From assembly GCF_988243305.1 (NCBI RefSeq), contig NZ_OZ547136.1: 64,000 nucleotides of DNA; one strand, given 5' to 3'. How positions within the stretch are numbered: position 1 is the first letter of the stretch; every line of letters starts with the position of its first letter. Below are positions 34,941-46,114 of this stretch, piece after piece. The notes under the pieces were generated by a model that was not told the origin of the DNA, made no database searches, and was given only the letters and a program-made list of their open reading frames with translations. Position numbers and translations under genes: made by a program.

Positions 34941-34969
34941 TTGCAATCGGTGTGGAAAACGGTAGTATT
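34941..34969 (+). promoter_or_regulatory. Candidate sigma-70 promoter for proL
   Basis: -35 TTGCAA (34941..34946), 17-nt spacer, -10 TAGTAT (34964..34969); tRNA 5' end at 34983. Confidence 0.45.
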
Positions 34970-34982
34970 AACAGCCACGAGT

Positions 34983-35059
34983 CGGCACGTAGCGCAGCCT
35001 GGTAGCGCACCGTCATGGGGTGTCGGGGGTCGGAGGTTCAAATCCTCTCGTGCCGACCA
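34983..35059 (+). tRNA. proL: tRNA-Pro (anticodon GGG)
   Basis: 77-nt cloverleaf: acceptor stem CGGCACG/CGTGCCG, anticodon loop with U33-GGG-G37, T-loop TTCAAAT, encoded CCA end. Confidence 0.95.
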
Positions 35060-35074
35060 AAAATCCCAAAAAAA

Positions 35075-35100
35075 ACCAACCGTAAAGGTTGGTTTTTTTA
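35075..35100. terminator. Bidirectional intrinsic terminator between proL and yejO
   Basis: Stem AACCAACC/GGTTGGTT flanked by an A run upstream and a T run downstream. Confidence 0.75.
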
Positions 35101-35160
35101 TATCTGCATTTAATTCGATAAACAGACCGCGACACATCACGGCCTGTTTATTTTCTGTTA

Positions 35161-37752
35161 TCAGAACGACCAGACCACACCCGCCTGAGTATTCCACGGT
35201 GATTCTACCCCTGCGCCATTGCCATAACTGACTGACAAATGACCGCTTAACGTCGGGGTAAACGATGACCTTATCCCAGCCTGATAAACGCCACGGGTTC
35301 CAGCCACATCATTATTAAATTTGCCATCGTCATTAACTTTCACCTGGTTAGAATCGGCGTATTCCTGACGCACGGCGGCTTTCAGCCAGGGTTCCAACGT
35401 CGTACCGTTTTGCAGGTCCATGTGATAGCTTACCGCCGTTCCCGCTTCAGCGCGTAATATCCGGGTATTTCCCACATCCGCGCGCATGCCATTTGATAAC
35501 GTGTAGTCCTGACCATCTGTGGTAAAGCCGGTAAAGGCCAGATAGGGTCTAACACTCCACAATCCGTCAACCCAACGGAACCCGCTCTCGACATGAGCAC
35601 CCGCGCCGTTACTATTGTAATCGCCAAACGCTGTTGCTCCATTACTCATCTTGCCATGGATGGTGTTGGCAAAACGGTCAACTTTCACCACTCCATCAAC
35701 ATAGGCACCGTTCTGATGCTCCCAACCGGCATAAGCCCCCAGGGTGTAGCTATCGATATTACCTTTGCCGCCGCGATCAAAACCAATATCAGAATGAGAG
35801 TAACCAAAGAACAAGCCGCGAATTGTGCTGCTTTCTTCACGGGAGAAACGGCTATCGATACCGAGCGTCAGGCCCGTCAATGTTTGCTCAAAGCCAGCTC
35901 CCGCATCAGTGGTCACGTTGTTGCGGGTGTTAATTGCCGAACTCCACATCGCCGTATCGTAACTAACGCCTTTTACGCTACCAAGACGCTCACGCACGGT
36001 GTCCAGTTCTGCATCAAATACCAGCGGTTGTGCTGCTGCCATGTTCAGCACATCAGTGGTTGAAGGGGTAATTTGCGCGCGATTCTCTGCGAGGCTCCAG
36101 CTATGGTTGCCATTATCCAGCAAGGTATATTCATACGTACCGATATCAACAACGCCTCCGGCATTGCCCAACGTAAATGCAGCATCACCGCCGCCCGTTG
36201 TTACCAGTGTAAGGCTATCTCCTGCTGCCGGGCTGGCACCGGTGTCCGTCACGAATATTTTGAAATCACCTGTTGCCTGACCGGTGACGTTGAGCTGATC
36301 GCTCTGATGATTAGCCATATCGGTACGCATATAAAAATTGCCATTTCCCGACAGGGTATTGGTGGTCAACGTAATGAAATTTTCCGCACTTGCCGTCACA
36401 GATGAACGAGTCACTGGCTCAGCCATCATAATCACATTTGCGCCAGACATCGCAAGGTTGGCTAAGTTGAGGCGAGTGTTTTGGTTCGTCGTAGTGATAT
36501 CGGCAATGATGGTCCATGCGCTATTTTCGAGCGAAACATCCGCTTTGCTGGTATCCACGGCACCATGCGTTCTAAAAGAAGCGCTATCAGAAACCACTAC
36601 CTTACCCACCAACATTGCGGGCGCATAATTTATTTGCGGCTTCATGACCTCAAGAATGCCATCATTCCCTCTGACTGAAACGTTAACCATTGTGCCAGCC
36701 CAGACGTTAGCGCGGCCATTGTTGATAACCATATTTTCAGAGATGGCTTTTGAGGAATACGTGATACTTCCATTCTGATCTGATCGACCGAGATCATATA
36801 CCGCATTTGCCTGCACTCTCGTACCAGTATCCTTTCCCAGCGATTGCATAGTGGCATGCTCATCAAGGATAGTATCAATGGCCTGCGTGTCCTCCATAAC
36901 AATGAGCCCGGAACCATCATCCAGTTCATAATTTTTTGACACACCATCTTTTATACTAAATTGGCCTTTACTGTTTGTACCACTCACTTCCAGCGCATTC
37001 GTTGAGACAATTAATTTTCCGCCTGCTTTTTTATCAACGCCAGTTGCAGTCCCGCCATCCATAACCTCCAGTAAGCCGCCACTATCCACAGTGGTATTAT
37101 AAGCGAAGTCATTTTCTTCAACTCGCAAACTTCCGCCGTTTTCCAACAGCATATTATTAGCAATACCATCCTTGATATCGAACTGACCGAGACGGTTTGT
37201 TCCGAATACCTCCATGGCCCGCGTGGTTGTTTTAATCGCACCGCCTGCTTTCTGATCTACCGCAAATGCTAATCCCCCCTCTTTAACCTCCAGTAATCCT
37301 CCCTTTTCGATAGCGGCAAAGACGGTAATCCCATCTTTTTCAATAATTAAGCGCCCGCCTTTAATGGTAGTATCATTCGCTGCGCCATAAACCTGTAGCA
37401 CACCATTATTGAGGGTAGTCTGGTTTGCCGCGCCACCCATTTGAACAATTTGATAACCGTCATTTAATACTGAGTATTCTGCGGTGCCATTCATTTCAAT
37501 GTACTGATACCCTCCGTTAATTTCAGTATTACTACTTACACCAAATTCTTTTATATGCTGTTCTCCGCCAGGATTGATTTTCGTATTATTGGCGGTCCCA
37601 TAAACCAGCTGGATATCTTTTTCCAGGACAACACCATCAACTGTCTCACCATACTCAACTGTTGATGCCAATGCTATGGGTGAATATAACGCTGTAGCCA
37701 CCAGAACAGATATTGCGGAACGACAAAGAGAAACAGAACCAGATTGATGCAT
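35161..37752 (-). CDS. yejO: Adhesin-like autotransporter (type Va secretion)
   Basis: 863-aa ORF with N-terminal signal peptide, Gly/Thr/Asn-rich repetitive passenger and C-terminal beta-barrel ending in an aromatic residue (...VVWSF). Appears intact; the region looks lower in GC than its flanks. Confidence 0.85.
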   Translation of the reverse strand: MHQSGSVSLCRSAISVLVATALYSPIALASTVEYGETVDGVVLEKDIQLVYGTANNTKINPGGEQHIKEFGVSSNTEINGGYQYIEMNGTAEYSVLNDGYQIVQMGGAANQTTLNNGVLQVYGAANDTTIKGGRLIIEKDGITVFAAIEKGGLLEVKEGGLAFAVDQKAGGAIKTTTRAMEVFGTNRLGQFDIKDGIANNMLLENGGSLRVEENDFAYNTTVDSGGLLEVMDGGTATGVDKKAGGKLIVSTNALEVSGTNSKGQFSIKDGVSKNYELDDGSGLIVMEDTQAIDTILDEHATMQSLGKDTGTRVQANAVYDLGRSDQNGSITYSSKAISENMVINNGRANVWAGTMVNVSVRGNDGILEVMKPQINYAPAMLVGKVVVSDSASFRTHGAVDTSKADVSLENSAWTIIADITTTNQNTRLNLANLAMSGANVIMMAEPVTRSSVTASAENFITLTTNTLSGNGNFYMRTDMANHQSDQLNVTGQATGDFKIFVTDTGASPAAGDSLTLVTTGGGDAAFTLGNAGGVVDIGTYEYTLLDNGNHSWSLAENRAQITPSTTDVLNMAAAQPLVFDAELDTVRERLGSVKGVSYDTAMWSSAINTRNNVTTDAGAGFEQTLTGLTLGIDSRFSREESSTIRGLFFGYSHSDIGFDRGGKGNIDSYTLGAYAGWEHQNGAYVDGVVKVDRFANTIHGKMSNGATAFGDYNSNGAGAHVESGFRWVDGLWSVRPYLAFTGFTTDGQDYTLSNGMRADVGNTRILRAEAGTAVSYHMDLQNGTTLEPWLKAAVRQEYADSNQVKVNDDGKFNNDVAGTRGVYQAGIRSSFTPTLSGHLSVSYGNGAGVESPWNTQAGVVWSF

Positions 37753-38071
37753 TGAGCTTTCATCCTATGAAATTAATTGCTGTTAAAAGCATTGGGTAAA
37801 GAAAATACCCATAGCTCCATACCCGGAGTCAGTTTTTAAAAACTGTTTAAAGAAATGCACAAGTATTGTGATTGATTTTTTAGTTGTTTTTCTTGATGAG
37901 AAGCTGATGCAAAATTCCGTCTTTATAATGAAAATGATGCCAAAGCGAACGACAAGGTTGTAGTTTTCACTACATGTCCATACATAAAATGGGGTAACAT
38001 TCACGCGCCTGGTAGCGTTACCAACGCTACGCTCAAACATAATGATTCTAATAAAACCTCAGGAGACTACT

Positions 38072-38719
38072 ATGCCTGAAGCAACGCCTTTTCAGGTGAT
38101 GATTGTGGATGATCATCCACTTATGCGACGCGGTGTTCGTCAGTTACTGGAGCTTGATCCTGGCTTTGAAGTGGTCGCCGAAGCGGGCGACGGCGCGAGC
38201 GCGATCGATCTGGCAAATAGACTGGATATCGACGTGATCTTGCTGGATCTCAATATGAAAGGTATGAGTGGCCTGGATACCCTCAATGCCTTGCGCAGGG
38301 ATGGCGTTACCGCGCAAATTATTATCCTGACCGTATCAGATGCCTCCAGCGATGTCTTTGCGCTGATAGACGCAGGCGCAGACGGTTATCTGTTGAAAGA
38401 CAGCGACCCGGAAGTGTTGCTGGAAGCGATTCGTGCCGGAGCGAAAGGCAGCAAAGTCTTTAGCGAACGCGTCAATCAGTACTTACGTGAACGTGAAATG
38501 TTTGGCGCGGAAGAAGATCCCTTCAGCGTGCTGACGGAGCGCGAGCTGGATGTTCTGCACGAGCTGGCACAGGGGCTGTCAAATAAACAGATTGCCTCGG
38601 TGTTGAATATTTCCGAGCAGACAGTAAAAGTACACATTCGCAATCTGCTGCGTAAACTCAATGTCCGCTCACGCGTGGCGGCCACCATTCTGTTCCTGCA
38701 ACAACGCGGGGCACAATAA
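38072..38719 (+). CDS. narP: Nitrate/nitrite response regulator
   Basis: ORF track starts at 38042; ATG at 38072 (MPEATPFQVMIVDDHP...) gives 215 aa with receiver and LuxR-type HTH domains. Confidence 0.95.
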   Translation: MPEATPFQVMIVDDHPLMRRGVRQLLELDPGFEVVAEAGDGASAIDLANRLDIDVILLDLNMKGMSGLDTLNALRRDGVTAQIIILTVSDASSDVFALIDAGADGYLLKDSDPEVLLEAIRAGAKGSKVFSERVNQYLREREMFGAEEDPFSVLTERELDVLHELAQGLSNKQIASVLNISEQTVKVHIRNLLRKLNVRSRVAATILFLQQRGAQ

Positions 38720-38722
38720 AAA

Positions 38723-38755
38723 CAGCCCGATGGCATCACCATCGGGCCTCTTTTT
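38723..38755. terminator. Bidirectional terminator between narP and ccmH
   Basis: Stem GCCCGATGG/CCATCGGGC with loop CATCAC, followed by CTCTTTTTATTT. Confidence 0.7.
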
Positions 38756-39806
38756 ATTTACTCTCCTGCGGCGACAAATGTTGCATCGCCTGCGCGATAC
38801 TACGTTCAATCACCGCACGGCGAGTATCGTTGGCAGGTAAGAGTTTCAACATCATCTCCCACGCGGCAACGGCTTCGCCAAATCGCTGCTGCTCAAAGGC
38901 GTTAAACGCATACATGCTTAACACACGAATATTGCTATGGTCCGTTCTCACCAACTGGCGCAGCAGTTCGCCGCCGAGGCGGTTGTCGTTGGGATCAGAT
39001 GAACGTGTCAACGCTTCAGCGTATCCCAGTGCAGCATCGCTGTTCTTCGGATCGAGGCGATACGCAGTAGCGTATGCATCGGTGGCGATACTGGCGTTAC
39101 CCAGCGCCAGGCCAACGCGGCCCAACATAATCCAGCCTTCTATATCTCCCGGATTTTTTTGCAGTTGAGTACGCATCCCCAGCGCCAGGCGCGACATCTC
39201 TTCTTCGTTGAGCGGATCGGCTTTCGGATCCAGCGCCCTGTCCAGTAACGCCGGAGCCTGTGCCGTGGCCTGCTGCCAGATTTTCACCTGCTGATAGTTG
39301 CCAGTCTGGTAGTAGCTGACGCCAGCCACAATTAACGCCACAACAATACCCGGCAGGTAAACAGCAAATCCGGCACGCTTACCTTCCGGCACGCTTTGTT
39401 CAGGAAACGCTTCCGGCACCACGCGTACCCGACGCCGCGAACGGGCGTAAATGACCCAACCGCCAATGCCAATAGCCACTACCGGAAGCACCCACAGCAG
39501 CACGGTCAGCGGCGTTAACGGCGGATCGTAAGTGACGAAGTTGCCGTAACGCGCCACCATATAATAGACAATCTCTTTCTTACTTTTACCTTCCTGCATC
39601 AGTTCATACACTTTCTGGCGCAGGTCGGTGGCAATCATCGAGTTGGAATCGGCAATGCTGTTGTTCTGGCATTTCGGGCAGCGTAGTTCTTCAGTGAGTT
39701 GCCGGAACTGCTGCTCCTGCGCTTCATCCTTAAACTGCAACACGTCGATGGTCGCCAGCGCTGAGCCGGAGATCATCAGCATCAGCACGCCCAATAAAAA
39801 CCTCAT
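38754..39806 (-). CDS. ccmH: Cytochrome c maturation protein CcmH
   Basis: 350-aa ORF with CxxC motif (LRCPKCQ) and TPR-like C-terminal region. Confidence 0.95.
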   Translation of the reverse strand: MRFLLGVLMLMISGSALATIDVLQFKDEAQEQQFRQLTEELRCPKCQNNSIADSNSMIATDLRQKVYELMQEGKSKKEIVYYMVARYGNFVTYDPPLTPLTVLLWVLPVVAIGIGGWVIYARSRRRVRVVPEAFPEQSVPEGKRAGFAVYLPGIVVALIVAGVSYYQTGNYQQVKIWQQATAQAPALLDRALDPKADPLNEEEMSRLALGMRTQLQKNPGDIEGWIMLGRVGLALGNASIATDAYATAYRLDPKNSDAALGYAEALTRSSDPNDNRLGGELLRQLVRTDHSNIRVLSMYAFNAFEQQRFGEAVAAWEMMLKLLPANDTRRAVIERSIAQAMQHLSPQESK

Positions 39807-40360
39807 TGTGCGGCCTCCTTACTGTATTTCTCCCACAGCGGCTTGATCTCTTCTTCCCAGACGCGAGGATTGAGATCGCCCGCATGGCGATAGCGAATGA
39901 TGCCGTTGCCGTCGATGAGGAACGTTTCTGGCGCGCCATAGACACCGAGATCCAGTCCTAACATGCCGTCGCCATCAAACAGGCTTAGTGCGTAAGGATT
40001 GCCCAGCTCTTTCAGCCAGCTGATTGCCTTCTGGCGATCGTCTTTATAGTTCATGCCGACCACGCGGATGCCCTGCGCAGAAAGCTGATTCAGATATTGA
40101 TGTTCCGCACGGCAGGTCGGACACCAGGTCGCCCAGACGTTAAGCAGCACTGGTTTGCCCTGAGTCAGCACATCCGCCTGATAAAACTGCCCCGGATTGT
40201 CCAGTGATTCGAGACGAAACTTCGGCACTGGCTTGCCAATGAGCGCCGATTCCAGATTGGTCGGATCATCCCCTTCGGCATTACGCGCCAGCTGCCACAG
40301 CAGCGCCGCGGCAATCGCCAGGAAGATAATCAACGGAATTAACAATACTTTGCGCTTCAT
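39803..40360 (-). CDS. ccmG: Thiol:disulfide interchange protein CcmG/DsbE
   Basis: 185-aa thioredoxin-fold ORF with WCPTC active site. Confidence 0.95.
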   Translation of the reverse strand: MKRKVLLIPLIIFLAIAAALLWQLARNAEGDDPTNLESALIGKPVPKFRLESLDNPGQFYQADVLTQGKPVLLNVWATWCPTCRAEHQYLNQLSAQGIRVVGMNYKDDRQKAISWLKELGNPYALSLFDGDGMLGLDLGVYGAPETFLIDGNGIIRYRHAGDLNPRVWEEEIKPLWEKYSKEAAQ

Positions 40361-42300
40361 ACAGCCTCCGGCGCAGTTTTCTGCGGATTCACGCGCTTAC
40401 GATAGCGAGGATCAAACAGACACAGCAGCCCGCCCAATGCCATCATCAGCCCGCCCGCCCAAATCCAGCGAACAAACGGTTTGTAGTAAAGACGCACGGC
40501 CCACGCGCCGTTTTCCAGCTCTTCACCGAGCGCGGCGTACAGGTCACGCGTGATGCCGCCGTCAATTGCCGCTTCGGTCATCATCGACCCAGCAGTGTTG
40601 TAATAACGTTTTTCCGCATACAGCACCGTTTCCGGCTTGCCATCGCGCGTTACGCCGATAGTCGCCACACCGCCACGCCAGTTCGGGCCAGTCACCTCTT
40701 TGACATCACGGAAGGTGAAGCGATATTCATGAATATCGACACTATCACCGGACTTCATGCGCACATCACGCTCAACGCTATAGTTCTGGCTAAAGGCAAT
40801 ACCAACAATTGTCACTGCCAGCCCCAGGTGAGCCGCCACCATTCCCCAATAACTGAAGGTGGTTTTCGTGCCGCGTGAAATACGCAGCACAGCTTCCGCA
40901 ATTGCCAGCACCGCAATCCAGCAGGCCATTGCCAGGCCGAGCACCGTCATCGCCACAACTTTGCTTTCGAACAGCCACGGCAACAGCAGAGACAGCACCA
41001 GCGTAGAGATGAAGGCGATAATCAATAAATTGCGGATTTTACGTGGGCGATCGCGCCCCCAGCGCACCAGAGGACCGACACCAAGCAGTAGCGCAAACGG
41101 CACCATCAGCCAGGTAAACATGGTGTTGAAGAACGGTTCGCCAATCGAAATACTGCCCAGTCCCAGTTGCTTGTGCACCAGCGGCAACAGCGTCCCCAGC
41201 AACACCACCAGCATCGCGGCGACCAGCAAAACGTTGTTCGCTAACAGCAAAGATTCCCGCGACCACAGCGCATTGTTTACGCGTGAGCGAACTTTGTGTC
41301 CACGCGCAGCAAACAGCAGCAGCGAACCGCCAATCACCAGCACCATAAAGGCGAGGATAAACATGCCGCGCGCCGGATCAGAGGCAAACGCGTGTACCGA
41401 TACCAGCACGCCGGAACGCACGAGGAAAGTCCCCAACAGACACAACGAGAAGGCACTGATTGCCAGCAGTAATGTCCACGCTTTGAAGCTGGCGCGTTGT
41501 TCAGTGACCGCCAGTGAGTGCATCAGCGCAGTCCCCACCAGCCACGGCATAAACGAGGCGTTTTCTACCGGATCCCAGAACCACCAGCCACCCCAGCCGA
41601 GTTCGTAATAGGCCCATGCGGAACCGAGCACGATGCCGAGCGTCAGGAAGATCCACGCTGCCAGTGTCCACGGACGAGTAAAACGCGCATAAGTGCTGTC
41701 CAGACGCCCGCTCAACAAAGAAGCAATGGCAAAAGCAAACGCCACCGAGAAGCCGACGTACCCCATATAGAGCAGAGGCGGATGGAAGATCAACCCCGGA
41801 TCCTGCAACAGCGGGTTAAGGTCGCGCCCTTCAATCGGGAAGTTCGGCAGCGTGCGTGAGAATGGATTAGAGGTAAAGAGAATGAACAGCAAAAAGCCGA
41901 CGCTGACCATCCCCATTATCGCCAGTACACGGGCCACAATATCCAGCGGAATACGCTGACTAAAAATCGCTACCGCAAAGGTCCAGCCGCTCATTAGCAG
42001 CACCCACAGCAGGAGCGAGCCTTCATGCGCGCCCCAGGTGGCCGCCACGCGATACCACACCGGAAGCTGGGTATTAGAGTTGCTGGCAACATAGGTGACG
42101 GTAAAGTCGTTGACCACGAAAGCATTGACCAGCACCAGAAATGCGCCAGCCACAGACATAAACAGCAGCCAGGCAAATAAGCGGGAAGACGCCATCATGC
42201 GCGCATCTCCGCGCGCCACGCCCCATAGCGGATACACGGACAGCAGCAGCGCAATTCCCAGCGCCAGGCACAGCAGTCCGTTACCAATTTCCGGCATCAT
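40357..42300 (-). CDS. ccmF: Cytochrome c-type biogenesis heme lyase subunit CcmF
   Basis: 647-aa polytopic ORF with a Trp-rich WGGWWFWD motif. Confidence 0.95.
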
Positions 42301-42776
42301 GATGCTGGGTCCTTATAAACACTCGCCGGGCGACGGTGGTTAGCTTCCATCGCTTTCTCAACTTCTGGCGGCGTATAGTTTTCATCATGTTTCGCCAGCA
42401 CTTCTTTCGCGAGGATATGATTGCCTTTTTCCAGCTCGCCCTGCACTACAACGCCCTGCCCTTCACGGAACAGATCCGGCAAAATGCCTTCGTAAGAAAC
42501 ATCCACTGAGCCTTCAGCATCGTAAATGGTGAAGGTCACTTTCAGCGAATTGGGATCGCGCTGCACGCTACCCGGCATCACCATCCCGCCAACGCGCAGA
42601 CGCTGACCGACTTCCGGCATCTGCTGAGTTTCACGCTTGCCGTAGAGAATTTCCCCCGGCGTATAAAAGAGATCGATATTCGAGCGCAGCGCATACAGCA
42701 CCAGACCGATGGTCAGCGCCAAACCTGCCAACACAGCACAGGCAATCCACAAGCGGTTTTTACGGCGAATATTCAT
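42297..42776 (-). CDS. ccmE: Heme chaperone CcmE
   Basis: 159-aa ORF with N-terminal anchor and LAKHDENY heme-binding region. Confidence 0.95.
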
Positions 42777-42982
42777 GCAGCCTCCTGCTGTTGCGCAGCA
42801 CGTAAACGCGCCTCACGCGCCCGCTGTTGCGCCACACCACGCAGAATTGCGCGATGCTGCATCACCGAGTGCACGACCAAAACCACCAGCGGAATAATGG
42901 TCATCACCACCGCCAGCCAGACAAAAAAGGCGTAACCGCCCATTGCGAAAAATTCATTCCAGGAAGCAAATGCAGGGGTCAT
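42773..42982 (-). CDS. ccmD: Heme exporter protein CcmD
   Basis: 69-aa single-TM ORF, 4-nt overlaps on both sides. Confidence 0.9.
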
Positions 42983-43716
42983 TTACGGCCTCTTTTCAGT
43001 ATCAGTTCACTCACCCACGGACGGCGTTTTTCCATCAGCAAAATTAAATTACGCATCCGCATCAGCGTCAGCGTGGCAGACAGCAGCAAGAAGCCAAAAA
43101 TCGACCAGCGCAGCGGCGAACGCATCGCCGGATCGATACTTTGCTGCATTCGCGTTGATCCCTGATGCAGGGTGTTCCACCACTCCACGGAGTAATGAAT
43201 AATCGGCAGATTCACCACGCCAATCAGCACCAGGATACCTGCCGCACGGCCCGCCAGACGGCGGTCGTCGAAGGCGTGCCACAGGGCAATTACACCAACA
43301 TACAGAAACAGCAGCACCAGTTCAGAAGTCAGGCGTGCGTCCCATACCCACCAAGTGCCCCACATCGGTTTTCCCCATGCAGAGCCGGTAACCAGGGCAA
43401 TAAAGGTAAACACGGCACCAATGGGGGCCATCGCCGCCACCGCCAGGTTGGCCATTTTCATCTGCCAGACAAGGCCAATAAACGCCGCCACCGCCATTGA
43501 TGCATAAATGCCCATCGACCAGATCGCCGCAGGCACATGCAGGTAGATAATGCGGTAGCTATTTCCCTGCTGATAATCAGCCGGAGCAAAGCCGAATCCC
43601 CAGATCCAGCCAACGGTAAGCACGACCACACTGGCAATTGCCAGCCACGGTATAAACCAGCCACAGATTTGATACAGCCGTGGTGGGATCGCCAGTTGAT
43701 GCAGTGTTTTCCACAT
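42979..43716 (-). CDS. ccmC: Heme exporter protein CcmC
   Basis: ORF track starts at 43740; Met at 43716 (MWKTLHQLA...) gives 245 aa with a Trp-rich WGxxWxWD motif. Confidence 0.9.
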   Translation of the reverse strand: MWKTLHQLAIPPRLYQICGWFIPWLAIASVVVLTVGWIWGFGFAPADYQQGNSYRIIYLHVPAAIWSMGIYASMAVAAFIGLVWQMKMANLAVAAMAPIGAVFTFIALVTGSAWGKPMWGTWWVWDARLTSELVLLFLYVGVIALWHAFDDRRLAGRAAGILVLIGVVNLPIIHYSVEWWNTLHQGSTRMQQSIDPAMRSPLRWSIFGFLLLSATLTLMRMRNLILLMEKRRPWVSELILKRGRK

Positions 43717-43757
43717 AGTTTCGATACCAGACTCGAACAAAAATCAGTAATCCAGCG

Positions 43758-44420
43758 TTATTGAATGCTGATTCGTAACGCTGCCGCCGTCGCAAAAGGA
43801 CTTAATGTCGCGGTGCCTGCCAGCAACGCGCCTAAAATTGCCAGATACCCGTCAACGGGCAAATGCATGGAAGCCGCGTCCATCGCGGCGGTGGCAAAGA
43901 TGAGTAATGGGATAGTCAGCGGTAACACCAGTATGCTGAGCAGCACACCACCGCGCTTAAGTCCCACTGTCAGCGCCACGCCCGGTGCACCGAGAAAGCC
44001 AAGCGTAGGCGTTCCCAGCAGCAGCGTCAGCGCCATCACTTGCCAGCCATAAACATCCATTCCCAGTAGCATTGCTACCAGTGGCGAAAGGACGAGTAAC
44101 GGCAGACCGGTTACCATCCAGTGCGCCATCACCTTCGCCAGCACAACGGCGGGCAAGGGTAACGGCAACAACATCAATTGTTCAAGACTGCCGTCCTGCA
44201 AATCGTCACGGAACAGACGCTCCAGTGCCAGCAAGGATGAAAGCAGCGCAGCAACCCAGATAACGCCCGGTGCAATACGCGCCAGCAGTTGCGGCTCCGG
44301 ACCGATACTGAGCGGAAAAAGGGTAATGACAATCAGGAAGAACCACAGCGGGTTGGCGATTTCGGCGCTGTGGCGAAACGCTACGCGCAGCTCAAGACGG
44401 AAAATGCGCCAGAACATCAT
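43758..44420 (-). CDS. ccmB: Heme exporter permease CcmB
   Basis: 220-aa polytopic ORF. Confidence 0.9.
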   Translation of the reverse strand: MMFWRIFRLELRVAFRHSAEIANPLWFFLIVITLFPLSIGPEPQLLARIAPGVIWVAALLSSLLALERLFRDDLQDGSLEQLMLLPLPLPAVVLAKVMAHWMVTGLPLLVLSPLVAMLLGMDVYGWQVMALTLLLGTPTLGFLGAPGVALTVGLKRGGVLLSILVLPLTIPLLIFATAAMDAASMHLPVDGYLAILGALLAGTATLSPFATAAALRISIQ

Positions 44421-45040
44421 GCGGCCCTCGTTTGCGTCAGTGAAATGCGGCGAATTTTACTTTCAGCAACGTTGAGCGGCTGGTGGGTAGTCAGAATCAC
44501 AATCCCCCCCTGCTCCGTATGCTGTGCCATACGCTGGGTCAGACGATCGACGCCGTTAACGTCAATCGCGGTAAAAGGCTCGTCGAGGATCCATAACGTG
44601 GCACGGGTCAGCCACAGACGCGCTAAAGCGACGCGGCGTTGTTGCCCGGCAGAAAGTTGATTTACAGGAATATCTTCGAATCCGGCAAGCCCGGCCTGCG
44701 CCAGGGCTTCCAGACATTGTGCGGTATCGCCATCGCGATGATAAAAGTGCAGATTTTCTAACGCCGTCAGCCGGGTTTTGATCCCCGGCTGATGGCCTAT
44801 CCATAACAGGTTTTGATGGTAGCTGTCGCGTACCTGATGCAAGGGCTGCCCTTGCCAGAGAACCTCGCCTGCGTCAGGGCGAGACAACCCCGTCAGCAAA
44901 CGGAGAAGCGTTGTCTTCCCCGCGCCGTTGCTACCGGTGATTTGTACCCATTCTCCTGCGTTCAGCGTAAATGATAAACCACTAAATAAGGTTCGTTCAT
45001 CCCGCTCACAAAGTAACTCTCTGGCTTCAAGCATACCCAC
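44417..45040 (-). CDS. ccmA: Heme exporter ATP-binding protein CcmA
   Basis: 207-aa ABC ATPase with Walker [10 protein letters not shown] and LSAGQQRR signature. Confidence 0.95.
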   Translation of the reverse strand: MGMLEARELLCERDERTLFSGLSFTLNAGEWVQITGSNGAGKTTLLRLLTGLSRPDAGEVLWQGQPLHQVRDSYHQNLLWIGHQPGIKTRLTALENLHFYHRDGDTAQCLEALAQAGLAGFEDIPVNQLSAGQQRRVALARLWLTRATLWILDEPFTAIDVNGVDRLTQRMAQHTEQGGIVILTTHQPLNVAESKIRRISLTQTRAA

Positions 45041-45052
45041 GCAATAACCCTG

Positions 45053-45655
45053 TTAAAAACCTGGCTCGACTTCGCGCATATCGGGCAGCTTGTGCGCTAT
45101 CCCTTTATGGCAATCAATACAGGTTTGCCCATCTTTCACCGCCTGGTCATGCATCTTCGCGGCAACCGATTTCTGGGCGGTTGTATCCATATACTCGAAG
45201 TTGTGACAGTTACGGCACTCCTGCGAGTTATTGTCCTTCATGCGCCGCCACTCATTCTGTGCCATCGTCAGGCGATGAGCTTCAAATTTCTGCGGCGTGT
45301 CAATAACGCCAAAAATTTTACCATACAGCTCTTTACTTGCTTTGAGCTTGCGTATCATCTTCGGCACAAACTCGTGCGGAACGTGACAATCCGGACAGGT
45401 CGCACGAACGCCGCTACGGTTGTTGTAGTGCACGGAATCCATGTATTCCTGATACACCGTGTTACGCATTTCGTGGCAGCTAATGCAGAACTCTTCGGTA
45501 TTGGCTTTTTCCATCCCGGTGTTAAAGCCGCCCCAGAAGACGATGCCACCGACAAAACCGATCAACAGCAGCGTCCCCAGCGCCAGACGGCTGGGGGTAC
45601 GCCACCATTTCCACAGGCGCTTAATCAGACCAGGCTTACGGTCAGAATTTCCCAT
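45053..45655 (-). CDS. napC: Periplasmic nitrate reductase tetraheme cytochrome c NapC
   Basis: 200-aa ORF with N-terminal anchor and four CxxCH motifs. Confidence 0.95.
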   Translation of the reverse strand: MGNSDRKPGLIKRLWKWWRTPSRLALGTLLLIGFVGGIVFWGGFNTGMEKANTEEFCISCHEMRNTVYQEYMDSVHYNNRSGVRATCPDCHVPHEFVPKMIRKLKASKELYGKIFGVIDTPQKFEAHRLTMAQNEWRRMKDNNSQECRNCHNFEYMDTTAQKSVAAKMHDQAVKDGQTCIDCHKGIAHKLPDMREVEPGF

Positions 45656-45664
45656 AATAACCTC

Positions 45665-46114
45665 TTATTTCCCGTAACCTTTTGATGGGGTAAAGGTATT
45701 CCCCACGATTGGCGCGGTATCGGCCTGCGGTACGTGACATTGCAGACAGAAATAACGACGCGGAGCCACTTCCGCGCCCACTTTGCCGTCGCTGTCCATA
45801 AAGTGAGTAGGACTGATGCGCGGTGCGCCAGTGGTGCGATAGCTTTCGACACCGTGGCACTGCAAGCAGCGGTTGGTATTGGTCGTTACCTGATAACCTT
45901 CAACGCTATGCGGGATCATTGGCGGCTGATTCACATAGTTCAGCGGCATCCGTTCCTGCTCTTTTGGCATCCGAATGGCCCCTTCCTGCGTCCCGGATAC
46001 TTCCGGCGACTGGCTAAAATCGACGCCATTAGCCGCCCAAACCGCGCCGCTCACCACCAGGGCCAGCATCGCCGTCCATTGACACAGCGCTTTCTTCAGG
46101 TCATGGCTTTTCAT
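45665..46114 (-). CDS. napB: Periplasmic nitrate reductase diheme cytochrome c subunit NapB
   Basis: ORF track starts at 46135; Met at 46114 (MKSHDLKK...) gives 149 aa with two CxxCH motifs. Confidence 0.9.
   Translation of the reverse strand: MKSHDLKKALCQWTAMLALVVSGAVWAANGVDFSQSPEVSGTQEGAIRMPKEQERMPLNYVNQPPMIPHSVEGYQVTTNTNRCLQCHGVESYRTTGAPRISPTHFMDSDGKVGAEVAPRRYFCLQCHVPQADTAPIVGNTFTPSKGYGK

Noticed and set aside
35593-36628. Several 93-156-aa plus-strand ORFs inside yejO
   Set aside because: Antisense to the autotransporter gene with biased composition; no sign of nested genes.
37783-38040. 85-aa minus-strand ORF in the yejO-narP gap
   Set aside because: Lies in an AT-rich promoter region with no convincing ribosome-binding site; Phe/Ile/Lys-rich translation typical of AT-rich non-coding DNA. 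I also looked here for IS5 remnants and saw none.
40859-41608. 249-aa ORF antisense to ccmF
   Set aside because: Embedded in ccmF on the opposite strand; Ser/Thr/Arg-rich composition with no start-site signals; read as an antisense artefact.
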